A stretch of 50,526 bases of DNA from NCBI GenBank assembly GCA_947459535.1, contig CANHDY010000003.1:1-50526 (forward strand), given 5' to 3'. This DNA comes from Rickettsiales bacterium (GTDB lineage: Bacteria > Pseudomonadota > Alphaproteobacteria > Rickettsiales > SXRF01). Numbering within the stretch: position 1 is the stretch's first letter; every line of letters starts with the position of its first letter. A program made the position numbers and the translations under genes. Positions 37,693-46,810 of this stretch are shown piece after piece. The notes beneath the pieces are model-generated. The model searched no databases. It had not been told where the DNA came from and worked only from the letters and a program-made list of their open reading frames with translations.

Positions 37693-38829
37693 ATGACTGC
37701 ATCGACTGGACTTAAACCTTTCTCGTTGCTTTTGGCCGTGTGGGTGGCGGTTGCCAGCCTGCCAGTGCCGGCTCGGGCGGAGGCGCGCATCAAGGATATT
37801 GCGACATTTGAAGGCATTCGTGAGAACATGCTGATGGGCTATGGCCTGGTGGTGGGGCTGAAAGCTACCGGCGATAATCTTAAAAACAACGCCTTCACCG
37901 AGCAGAGTTTAGTAGCGTTTCTGGAACGCCAGGGGGTGAATACACGTGGTACTGAGCTGAAAAGCAAAAATGTGGCTGCGGTGACCGTTACTGCGATGCT
38001 CCCGCCTTTTTCACGCAGCGGCAATAAAATCGATGTGACAGTGAGCGCGATGGGCGATGCCAAGGATTTAACTGGCGGCACACTGCTTGCCACGCCGCTT
38101 TATGGTGCGGATGGTGAGGTGTATGCGGTGGCGCAGGGGTCGATTTCCATTGGCGGTTTTCAGGCAGGTGATGGTGCAACCACAATTACAAAAGGCGTGC
38201 CCACTTCGGGGATTATTGCCAGCGGGGCGATTGTGGAAAAAGAAATTGAATTTGCTCTCAATTCACTGCCTGAGCTGAAAATTTCGCTTAGAAACCCTGA
38301 TATCACTACAGCCAAGCACGTCGCGGAGGCGATTAACAATAATATTGGGCCGGGTATTGCCATGGTTGCTGATCCGGGCACGGTTCAGATCGCTGTGCCG
38401 CCTGCCTATCTCGGCAACAACACCCAGCTGCTTGCCGAGGTGGAAAAGCTGACGGTACCAACCGATCAGGTGGCGCGGATTGTGATTGATGAAGCATCCG
38501 GCACCATCGTCATGGGCGAGAATGTGAAAATTGATACGGTGGCGGTGGCGCAGGGCAACCTGATTGTCAAAATTGAAACCACCCAGCAGGTTTCGCAGCC
38601 GGGTGTGCTGGCACCGGTTGGTGCCGAGACAGTGACCACGCAGCAAACGGCTGTGACGGTTGAAGAAGCTGGCCCGGGCAAGAAAATGGCGGTGCTGGAA
38701 GGTGGTGCGACGCTTAAGGATCTGGTTGCTGGCCTCAATGCGCTTGGTGTTTCCCCGCGTGATCTGATCACGATTCTGCAGACCATCAAAGCCGCCGGCG
38801 CGCTGCAGGCGGAAATTCAGACGAGGTAA
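37693..38829 (+). CDS. flgI: Flagellar P-ring protein
   Basis: RIKDI..FEGIREN.L.GYGLVVGL, KNVAAV, IKAAGALQAE. Confidence 0.97.
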   Translation: MTASTGLKPFSLLLAVWVAVASLPVPARAEARIKDIATFEGIRENMLMGYGLVVGLKATGDNLKNNAFTEQSLVAFLERQGVNTRGTELKSKNVAAVTVTAMLPPFSRSGNKIDVTVSAMGDAKDLTGGTLLATPLYGADGEVYAVAQGSISIGGFQAGDGATTITKGVPTSGIIASGAIVEKEIEFALNSLPELKISLRNPDITTAKHVAEAINNNIGPGIAMVADPGTVQIAVPPAYLGNNTQLLAEVEKLTVPTDQVARIVIDEASGTIVMGENVKIDTVAVAQGNLIVKIETTQQVSQPGVLAPVGAETVTTQQTAVTVEEAGPGKKMAVLEGGATLKDLVAGLNALGVSPRDLITILQTIKAAGALQAEIQTR

Positions 38830-38833
38830 TGCG

Positions 38834-39175
38834 ATGATGATCTCAGGTGTGGATGCGGCGCAGGCCATGGCAGGTATCGCGGGAAGGCAGCAGCCGGCGG
38901 AGCTTTCGCCGCTGGGGCTTAAAGCGCGCGCGTCGCGCATGACCAACGAACAGATTGATAAGACAGCGAAAGATTTTGAATCGATGTTTCTATCACAGAT
39001 GCTTGAGCAGATGTTTGGAGAATCGGTCGGTAGTGAGCTGTTTGGTGATGAGCAGACCAGCGAGATCTACAAAGGGTTGGTGGTGGAGCAGTATGGCAAG
39101 GAAATTGCCCGCTCGGGTGGCATAGGAATTGCAGACTACGTAAGGAAAGAACTACTCAGATTGCAGGAGGTGTAG
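38834..39175 (+). CDS. flgJ: Rod-binding protein (short FlgJ)
   Basis: AKDFESMFLSQML...GGIGIAD.V..ELL. Confidence 0.9.
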   Translation: MMISGVDAAQAMAGIAGRQQPAELSPLGLKARASRMTNEQIDKTAKDFESMFLSQMLEQMFGESVGSELFGDEQTSEIYKGLVVEQYGKEIARSGGIGIADYVRKELLRLQEV

Positions 39176-39176
39176 C

Positions 39177-39641
39177 ATGAGTACCAGAACCGATATGAGC
39201 ATGGAAACTGCGGCCGGCGTTCAGCTGGATGTGCGGGCGATTATCACTGTTACGGCGCGTCTCGCGCAGCTGCTGGCAGAAGAGGTGGATCTGCTCAGCG
39301 ATATGAAAGTATCGAAAATTGAGCACCTGCAGAACGAAAAAATCTTTTTGACCAATGCACTCGAAGCGCAAAAGAAACTGATTGATCGCAATCCGCACAT
39401 GCTCGAGACCATTCCCTCGCAGGATCGCGGCGATCTTGAGCAGGTGGTCGAGGTATTCAGCGGTATTCTCGAGGAGAATCATCGCAAGCTCCTGCTGGCC
39501 AAAGAAATCAACCACAAAATTGTGCAGGCCATTACCAGTGTGGTGAAAGAAAACACCCAGAGCAAAGTGTATGACGATCGTGGCATCAAGGATATCGCGC
39601 CGTATGAGTCGCTTTCTGTCACACTGAACCAAACCATCTGA
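39177..39641 (+). CDS. FlgN/FlbY-like flagellar chaperone
   Basis: Helical; RLAQLLAEE..LL..K pattern; lies between flgJ and flgK. Confidence 0.6.
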   Translation: MSTRTDMSMETAAGVQLDVRAIITVTARLAQLLAEEVDLLSDMKVSKIEHLQNEKIFLTNALEAQKKLIDRNPHMLETIPSQDRGDLEQVVEVFSGILEENHRKLLLAKEINHKIVQAITSVVKENTQSKVYDDRGIKDIAPYESLSVTLNQTI

Positions 39642-39658
39642 AGCGAGTGTAAGCGGCT

Positions 39659-42376
39659 ATGACCCTCTCTCTTGCGCTGAATAACGCCTTAAGTGGCCTT
39701 AACGTCAACCAGCAATCGCTATCGGTGTTGTCGCAGAACATTGCCAATGCCAACACGCAGGGCTACACGCGCAAGGTGATCAATCAGGCGGCGCTCTATC
39801 TTGATGGCCGCGGCGCCGGAGTCAGCATTGAATCAGTTTCGCGTAAGGTGGATGACTATCTGCTGCGCTCTGTCCGCCTGCAAGGCAGTGTGGTGGGGCG
39901 CGGTGAGGTGTATTCGGACTATGCGGATCGCACGCAGCTGCTGCTCGGCAGACCCGGCAGCCAGAACAGCCTGCCGAGTTTTGTTGGCAATTTCTTTAAT
40001 TCCATTCAAACACTGGCGCAGACACCGGAAAACACCACACTACGCGTTGGTGCGGTCAATAGCGCTACCGCGATGACGCGTGAAATCCGTACCTTGTCGC
40101 AATCACTGCAGGATATGCGGCTGGAGGCGGAAAATGATATTGTGCAGTCGATTAACGTCATCAATGCCACGTTGCGTGATCTCAAGGCGCTCAATGCCAC
40201 GATTGTTAATGATTCGCAGCTTGGCAAAAATGTCGGCGAATTGCTCGACCGCCGCGACCGGGCGCTTGCCACACTTTCTGAATATCTCGATATCGGCACC
40301 TATCAACAGGCGAATGGGCAGATCAATATCTTCACCAGCAGCGGTGCCAGCCTGCTGGATGATAATGTGTATCAAATCAGCTATCTACCGCAATCCTCAA
40401 CCACGGCCTTCATTAACGATTCGGTCAAGGCGCCGATTAATATTTTTCGTGTGAATGATAGTGGCCAGCTGACTGGTAACCCTGTGCAGCTGGTTTCTGG
40501 CGGCAGAAGCGCGCAGGTGACCAGTGGACTGGTGGGCGGCAAGCTGCGCGGTCTTATTGATATGCGCGATAAGCAGCTGCCGAATCTGCTGGCGCAGCTG
40601 GATGTGGTGGCGTCTAACCTGCGTGATGAGTTTAACCGCGTGCATAATAGCGGCATAGGTTTTCCTGGCGCTAATAGCTATACCGGCGCACGTCAGGTGA
40701 ATGCTGGCAGTTTCAGCCAGTGGAATGGCCAGATGCGCCTTGCGCTGATGGATGGCACAGGGCGTCCGATCCCATCATCCTACCCGGATGAAACTTCTGG
40801 CGTGCGTCCGTTGCTGCTGGATTTCACCAAGCTGAATACTGGTAGTGGCGCGGGCTTTCCGACAATTCAAGGCATCATTGACGAAATCAACCAATATTAC
40901 GGGCCACCGCAAAACAAGGCGGTGGTAGGCAATCTTAATAATATCCGTCTGGCTTCCAACAGCACGATACTGCCCGGAAGCCCGCCGCAGTTTAATTTTG
41001 ATTTCGACCTTGAGAATATCTCCGGTAGCAGCTCGAATTTTTTTGTCACCGGTGTTCAGGTGCTCGACAATACCGGCACAGATATCACCAACGTGTCGCA
41101 AACCATTCCGCAGGTGGATTTAACTGGCACCGGCACCTATACCACGACCGCCGGCAGCAGCACCGTCACCGTGCGTGCTGCAGCAAATCACGGCTTTACC
41201 AACGGCCAGACGATCTATCTCTCAACACCGCCGGGCAGTGTTGGCGGTATTCCAGGGGCGCAGCTGGGGGGATTTTTCACCATCAGTAATGTGACCTCCG
41301 ATACGTTCGAGATCACCGCAGGCACGCTCGCTACGTCCAGTGGTCCCGTCGATGTCGCCGGACAGAACGCAAAGCCACCTTACAAGGAAGTTGCGGCAGG
41401 TGAATATGGCCGCACAACGGATCGCGGCACCATTACCGCCAATCTTGCTGGTAATCCTAACGCGCTGTTTTACACCGTGCGCGTGAATGTGGCGGTGAAA
41501 GATGCGGCGGGCAACATGACCACCTCGCAGATCAGCTATCAGGTGGATAATAACCAGCCGAACCTGCGCAACCGACGCTACTCCACCAATGGTGTCAGCG
41601 GTGGTGGACAGCTCGTGGCGCCAACAAACTTTCGGCCGCTTGCGCGCGCCATGCTGGTGGATGAAAACGGTGTTGAGTTGCCGAAAGTCAACGGTCAGTA
41701 CACAACGCAGCAAAATGGTTTTCTCCGCCTCGTGGCAGATAACCCAGACGTTTCAATCGGCATTGATAGTTTAAACAGTGCCGAAAATGGCAGCCCGAAC
41801 AGCAGCCCACCGGTCGCAGGCACGGGTAGAGGGTTTTCTTATTTCTTTGAGCTGAATAACTTCTTCCGTCATTTTGACACGAATGGCGACAGCGTTACCA
41901 ATGCCGCACTTAATCTGGATATTGAGGAGCGCATCGCACGCAATCCCAACTTGATTTCGCTTGGTCAGCTACGTCAGAGCCCGCGCCCGGCGGATCCGAA
42001 TCAGGCGCCGCTTTACACCTATGAGCGCAATATCGGCGATAATAGCATCATTCAGCAGCTGGCAGGGATTTCCAGCAAGATTATCCGCTTTCAGGCGGCG
42101 GGCGGGCTGGGTGAATCGTCCACCACCTTTGGCAGCTATAGCGGTGCGATTATCGGATCAGCAGCGACAACCGCCTCATCCGCGGAGGCGGATTTAAAAA
42201 ATGCCAAGGCACTGATGTCTGGCTTCAGCGATCGGTCTGATTCGATCAGTGGGGTGAACCTCGATGAGGAACTCGCCAATACAGTGATTTATCAGAATGC
42301 CTACACCGCCTCCACCCGGGTGATTACGGTGGTGAGCGAATTATTCGATGCGCTTTTGAATACGTTTGGAAGATAG
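39659..42376 (+). CDS. flgK: Hook-associated protein 1 (enlarged)
   Basis: ALSGL...SQNIANANTQGYTRK; C-terminal SGVNLDEELAN...QNAYTAS. Confidence 0.95.
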   Translation: MTLSLALNNALSGLNVNQQSLSVLSQNIANANTQGYTRKVINQAALYLDGRGAGVSIESVSRKVDDYLLRSVRLQGSVVGRGEVYSDYADRTQLLLGRPGSQNSLPSFVGNFFNSIQTLAQTPENTTLRVGAVNSATAMTREIRTLSQSLQDMRLEAENDIVQSINVINATLRDLKALNATIVNDSQLGKNVGELLDRRDRALATLSEYLDIGTYQQANGQINIFTSSGASLLDDNVYQISYLPQSSTTAFINDSVKAPINIFRVNDSGQLTGNPVQLVSGGRSAQVTSGLVGGKLRGLIDMRDKQLPNLLAQLDVVASNLRDEFNRVHNSGIGFPGANSYTGARQVNAGSFSQWNGQMRLALMDGTGRPIPSSYPDETSGVRPLLLDFTKLNTGSGAGFPTIQGIIDEINQYYGPPQNKAVVGNLNNIRLASNSTILPGSPPQFNFDFDLENISGSSSNFFVTGVQVLDNTGTDITNVSQTIPQVDLTGTGTYTTTAGSSTVTVRAAANHGFTNGQTIYLSTPPGSVGGIPGAQLGGFFTISNVTSDTFEITAGTLATSSGPVDVAGQNAKPPYKEVAAGEYGRTTDRGTITANLAGNPNALFYTVRVNVAVKDAAGNMTTSQISYQVDNNQPNLRNRRYSTNGVSGGGQLVAPTNFRPLARAMLVDENGVELPKVNGQYTTQQNGFLRLVADNPDVSIGIDSLNSAENGSPNSSPPVAGTGRGFSYFFELNNFFRHFDTNGDSVTNAALNLDIEERIARNPNLISLGQLRQSPRPADPNQAPLYTYERNIGDNSIIQQLAGISSKIIRFQAAGGLGESSTTFGSYSGAIIGSAATTASSAEADLKNAKALMSGFSDRSDSISGVNLDEELANTVIYQNAYTASTRVITVVSELFDALLNTFGR

Positions 42377-42387
42377 TGAGGTGAGAG

Positions 42388-43299
42388 ATGAGTATTGGCC
42401 GCGTTAGTACTTTTGGGCTTCAGCAGACGACGCTTCGCGATGCGTCGCGTACGCAGGAGCAGCTTTCTCAGCTTCAGATACAGCTCTCGAGCGGTCTTAA
42501 AGCACAGACATTTGAGGGCATTGCCAACCAGACGGAGCAGTTTCTACAGCTCGATACGCGCATTTCCCGTACCAGACTTTTTACGGAGAATAATCGTGTG
42601 GCGATTACGCGCATGAGCACGACCGATAACGTGCTGAGCCAGTCGATTGAAACCGTGACCAGCCTCAAAAGCCTGATCATGCAGCGTCGCAACGGTGCGA
42701 TAGCAGGCAATATGGCGTTTCCTGAGCAGCTGGAGGGCATCTGGAAACGACTCTCTGCAGAACTTAATACCACGCTTGAAGGCCGCTATCTTTTCAGTGG
42801 CACGCGCACGGATGTCGCCCCGATTAAAAGCTCTCCCTTTCCAACATTGCGTGTCGATGGCGTACCGGATGATGGCTATTATAATGGCAGCAGCGATGAT
42901 ATGACCATTCGTGCGGATGATAATATCGATATCACTTACAACGTGCGCGCCAACGAACCGGCATATCAAAAAGTTTTTGCAGCGCTTGCCATGGCCAAAA
43001 AAGGTCATGAAACGGATAATCAGCAGGATTTGATTAAGGCCTTCGAGCTGGCTGATCAGGGGCTGAAAGAAGTAATCTCCGTGCGCGCGCGTGTCAGCGC
43101 CAACAAGTTGTCATTAGAACAGATTGTCGAGCGCCAAAGCTCGCTGTCTCTCTATTGGACGGGGGTCAAAGAAGAGATTTCTAACACCGATCTGGTGACG
43201 GTTTCCACCCAGGTAGCTGTCAATCAAGGAGTGCTGCAAGCGTCATTTCAGGCATTTGCACGAATTAATTCCTTGAGGCTCGTCGACTTTTTACGCTAA
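42388..43299 (+). CDS. flgL: Hook-associated protein 3
   Basis: QLSSGLK, EGRYLFSGTRTD..P, LQASFQA...SLRLVDFLR. Confidence 0.9.
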   Translation: MSIGRVSTFGLQQTTLRDASRTQEQLSQLQIQLSSGLKAQTFEGIANQTEQFLQLDTRISRTRLFTENNRVAITRMSTTDNVLSQSIETVTSLKSLIMQRRNGAIAGNMAFPEQLEGIWKRLSAELNTTLEGRYLFSGTRTDVAPIKSSPFPTLRVDGVPDDGYYNGSSDDMTIRADDNIDITYNVRANEPAYQKVFAALAMAKKGHETDNQQDLIKAFELADQGLKEVISVRARVSANKLSLEQIVERQSSLSLYWTGVKEEISNTDLVTVSTQVAVNQGVLQASFQAFARINSLRLVDFLR

Positions 43300-43316
43300 A
43301 TTAGAGGAGATATTTC

Positions 43317-43823
43317 ATGTTTTCATCAGCAGGGTATTACGGCATGCCAACACAACTTCCCATTTCCAGCGGTCAGGATGTCGCCGGCGCGCCTGCAGGC
43401 GTCATCAAATCGCGCTTTGGCGAGGTGGCGGTGGATCCAGCCAAAATTCTTTCATTTCCTCGTGGTCTGCTTGGCATGCCGGAGCGTTTTCAGTTTATTC
43501 TCACCAGCTTCCCCACTGATAAAATGGCGCAGTTCAAACTGCTGCAATCAACCGAAGACGAGGCGCTCTCTTTCATCACTCTGCCGCTGGATCTGGATAA
43601 CCCGATTATTGCGCGTGGTGATATTCTGCTTGCCTGCCGCGATCTTGGTATCGCCGAGCAGGATCTTGCGATGCTGCTCATTGTTTCTGTGCATCGCACA
43701 CCGGATCAGGTGAAACTTTCGGTGAATGCTCGGGCACCGCTGATGGTCGATGCGCAGCGCCGCCTCGGGGTGCAGCATGTATTTTCGAGTGATGACTACA
43801 AAGTCCAGCACATGCTTGGGTAG
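43317..43823 (+). CDS. fliW: Flagellar assembly factor FliW
   Basis: IKSRFGEV, FPRGLLG, LQSTED..LSF, SVNARAPL. Confidence 0.9.
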   Translation: MFSSAGYYGMPTQLPISSGQDVAGAPAGVIKSRFGEVAVDPAKILSFPRGLLGMPERFQFILTSFPTDKMAQFKLLQSTEDEALSFITLPLDLDNPIIARGDILLACRDLGIAEQDLAMLLIVSVHRTPDQVKLSVNARAPLMVDAQRRLGVQHVFSSDDYKVQHMLG

Positions 43824-43828
43824 AGGCA

Positions 43829-45451
43829 ATGTCACTTGGCAGCAGCCTGATTGATTCTTATCAGAAAGCCGATGCACTCCTGTGCAGGGGCGAACTGCAG
43901 CAGGCAGCTGATATCTGTAAACAGATGCTGGAGAGCAATCCAAACTTTGCTTATGGGTATCACTTGATGGCCTCGCTGTTCAAGGTCACGGGTAATTTTG
44001 AAAAAGCACTGAGTTTTGCGGATCTTGCGATCAAGCTTGATCCTAATGTGCCCAGCTTTTATCTGCAGCGTGGCACGTTGCTCATGGCGCTGCATTGTTA
44101 TGAAGCTGCTGAGGATGTGTTCCGTAAAGCCCATCAGATGAAGCCGGATTTGATTCAGGCGCTTCTGATGGCGGCGGATGCTTGTGTTCATCAAGGACGC
44201 CACGATGATGCGGCGCGTACCTTTGCACTAGCGCGTAGCCGCGCCACGGATCATGAGCAGGCGGATATTGATCAGCAGGAAGGATTATGCCAGCTATCGC
44301 TCGGGCAACTGGCACTAGCCGAGGCTCTGTTTGAAAGGGTGATAGCGCAGCGGCCGAATCAAGCCGGAGGTTATCTGCATAAAGGCCGTATTCTGCTGCA
44401 TCAGCAGCGAGATCAGGAGGCGGAAGTCTGCTATGCACGGGCGCTCAATTGTGATCCCCACCTGCAGGAAGCGCTGCATGGCATGGCGGTGGTGAATGAA
44501 CGTCAGGGCCAGATCGATACGGCGGTGGCGTTTGCTATTCAGGCGGTGAGTGCGCATGGCACCGTGCTTGATAGCCTGCTACTACTCGGACAGCTATTGC
44601 TGCGGAAACAGAATTTCTCCGCTGCAGAGCAGATGTTCCGCCAGGCACTGGCCGTGGTGCCAGATCAGGTGGTGGCGCTGTGCGGGCTGTCACAATCATT
44701 GATAGCGCAGCGCAGGCAGCATGAGCTGGCAAGTTTTCTTGCGGATCAGGCCGCGATCATGCCGCAGCACGAAGGGCTGATTTTTCTTGCAGCAGCTGCA
44801 AGTGGGCAGAATGCTTTGCGAGCGCCACAAAACTTCATCAGCAGCTATTACGATGAGCTGGCGCGGCGTTATAATTATTTTCTCAGGCCGCTCGATATGT
44901 ATCAGCCGCACCAGTGTGCTGAAATGCTGCGCGCGCTACCACAGCTACAGGGGCGAACGAGCCTCAGCCTAGTCGATCTAGGGTGTGGAGATGGGCGTCT
45001 TGCGGCGGCGCTGGGTGATTTTGTCGAGTCACGCTTGGGGGTTGATCTTTCCAGAGAGATGCTGAATCTTGCGCAGATACATCGCCGCTATCAGGAAACT
45101 TACACACTTGATATAGTCGAGTTTGCCATGGGTAGTGATCGCATGTTTGATGTGGTGGCTGCGATTGATGTGCTTGTGCATCTGGGTGATCTTGCGCCTT
45201 TTTTCCGTGCCGCCCGAAACCTTCTCGCTTCTGCCAGCGTCATGGTGTTTACGATTGAAAAATCCAATTTAGAAGCTGCCTACACGCTGCGTCCGAACGG
45301 GCGTTATATGCATAGCCATGGCTTCATCCACGCATTGCTGCAGGATGAGGGCTATAACTGTGTGTTTTCTGAAGAGGTGTTGCTTCGTCTTGAGGCGGGC
45401 GTGCCGGTGATGGGCATGGTCTATGTCGTTCAGAAAATGACGGTGCACTGA
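43829..45451 (+). CDS. TPR-repeat protein with a C-terminal class I SAM methyltransferase
   Basis: Multiple TPRs; VDLGCGDG, GVDLSREML, GRYMHS. Confidence 0.88.
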   Translation: MSLGSSLIDSYQKADALLCRGELQQAADICKQMLESNPNFAYGYHLMASLFKVTGNFEKALSFADLAIKLDPNVPSFYLQRGTLLMALHCYEAAEDVFRKAHQMKPDLIQALLMAADACVHQGRHDDAARTFALARSRATDHEQADIDQQEGLCQLSLGQLALAEALFERVIAQRPNQAGGYLHKGRILLHQQRDQEAEVCYARALNCDPHLQEALHGMAVVNERQGQIDTAVAFAIQAVSAHGTVLDSLLLLGQLLLRKQNFSAAEQMFRQALAVVPDQVVALCGLSQSLIAQRRQHELASFLADQAAIMPQHEGLIFLAAAASGQNALRAPQNFISSYYDELARRYNYFLRPLDMYQPHQCAEMLRALPQLQGRTSLSLVDLGCGDGRLAAALGDFVESRLGVDLSREMLNLAQIHRRYQETYTLDIVEFAMGSDRMFDVVAAIDVLVHLGDLAPFFRAARNLLASASVMVFTIEKSNLEAAYTLRPNGRYMHSHGFIHALLQDEGYNCVFSEEVLLRLEAGVPVMGMVYVVQKMTVH

Positions 45452-46617
45452 TGAGTGCGCTGCTACAGCATCCGCTGCTTGGCGAGTTTCAGTGCCTCGG
45501 GGATCGCTGCGCGGATACGTGCTGCAAAAGCTGGTCGATGCAGCTCGATGCCGCTACCTATGAAACCTACCAGCGAGAAGCACCCGAGCTTCTGGATGCA
45601 GTGGAGGCGGCAGAAGAATCACCATGGATCATGCGTAAGGATAAACAGACCGGTTATTGTGTGAAATTCGATAATGGCCTGTGCGGCATTCATAAAAATT
45701 ATGGCGATAAGTTTCTCGGGGATGCCTGCCATTTTTATCCGCGCGCCACACGCACGCTTGGCGATCAGACGATCATGACCGCCACGCTGTCCTGTCCCGA
45801 AGTGGCAAGGCTGGCGCTTTATGCGGATGCGCCCTTTGGCTGGCGCGAAACAACGGCTGACCGTTTGCCGCACAGCCTCAAGGACTATCTGCCCGAGGCG
45901 CTCAGCGGCGAGCAGGCGCGCCATGTCCACGAAGCTTTTCTTCATGCCTGCGAAGATGCCGCTCCAGCCGAACAGATTCTTGCACGCATAGCCAGTGTGG
46001 CACGTTCCATGATGCTTCTGGATCAGGCAAGCTGGCCACAAGCGGTGGGTTTTTATTTGCGTATGGCCGACGGTCGTCTGCCTGCTGCTAAGGCGGATGT
46101 GAATGACCCGTTTAACCTGCTCCACGCGCTGATGGGGATTATTGTCGCCACTCGCAAGCCGATGAGCGAGCGCTTGCGCCAGACAGTTTCACAGATGCAG
46201 ACGATGCTGGCTGTCACTCTCGACTGGCAGACCACGCAGATGCACACCACCGATGCCAGCGCGCCAGCTTATCAGCAGGCGCGGCAGAACTGGGATGAGC
46301 ACGCCGCGTATTATCAGCCGCTTCTGAAACGCTACCTGCAGATGCAACTCTCTGTTTCTCTTTTTCCATTTTCGGGGCTTGGATCAAACGCGCCGGAGCG
46401 TATCACGCTGATCGGTGTCAGGTTCGCCACCATCAGGCTGGCACTGATGGCAGCGCATCAATGCCGCGGCGAGCAGCTGAATCAGGAGGAGGTGGTCAAA
46501 GTGGTGCAAAGCTTATCGCGCTGTCTGGATCATCTGGGCGATGCAGCCTTTTCACTCGCCATTTATCATGAAACGGGCTGGGATCAGGAAGCGCGTCTTC
46601 GTGGGCTGCTGATATGA
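45451..46617 (+). CDS. fliB: Flagellin lysine-N-methylase family protein
   Basis: FQCLGDRCADTCCKSWSM, C......LCGIH and C..YPR, LSCPE cysteine pattern. Confidence 0.85.
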   Translation: MSALLQHPLLGEFQCLGDRCADTCCKSWSMQLDAATYETYQREAPELLDAVEAAEESPWIMRKDKQTGYCVKFDNGLCGIHKNYGDKFLGDACHFYPRATRTLGDQTIMTATLSCPEVARLALYADAPFGWRETTADRLPHSLKDYLPEALSGEQARHVHEAFLHACEDAAPAEQILARIASVARSMMLLDQASWPQAVGFYLRMADGRLPAAKADVNDPFNLLHALMGIIVATRKPMSERLRQTVSQMQTMLAVTLDWQTTQMHTTDASAPAYQQARQNWDEHAAYYQPLLKRYLQMQLSVSLFPFSGLGSNAPERITLIGVRFATIRLALMAAHQCRGEQLNQEEVVKVVQSLSRCLDHLGDAAFSLAIYHETGWDQEARLRGLLI

Positions 46618-46693
46618 AACCTAAAAATTTTCTTGTGATTCTTCAGTGGTGTGCTAGCTTCATGCACATAAAGTTGAATTTTCTAATGCGGCA

Positions 46694-46708
46694 TTAACGA
46701 AGCATTAA
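46694..46708 (+). promoter_or_regulatory. CtrA box upstream of flagellin
   Basis: TTAA-CGAAGCA-TTAA. Confidence 0.6.
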
Positions 46709-46810
46709 GGAATTCACAGTAAAACTGTAGGGTAGTGTGGTCATAGAAGACCGCATTGGTACGGAGAGCATGTAGCACTCCATGTTTAACATCCATGTAG
46801 GAGACGACCC

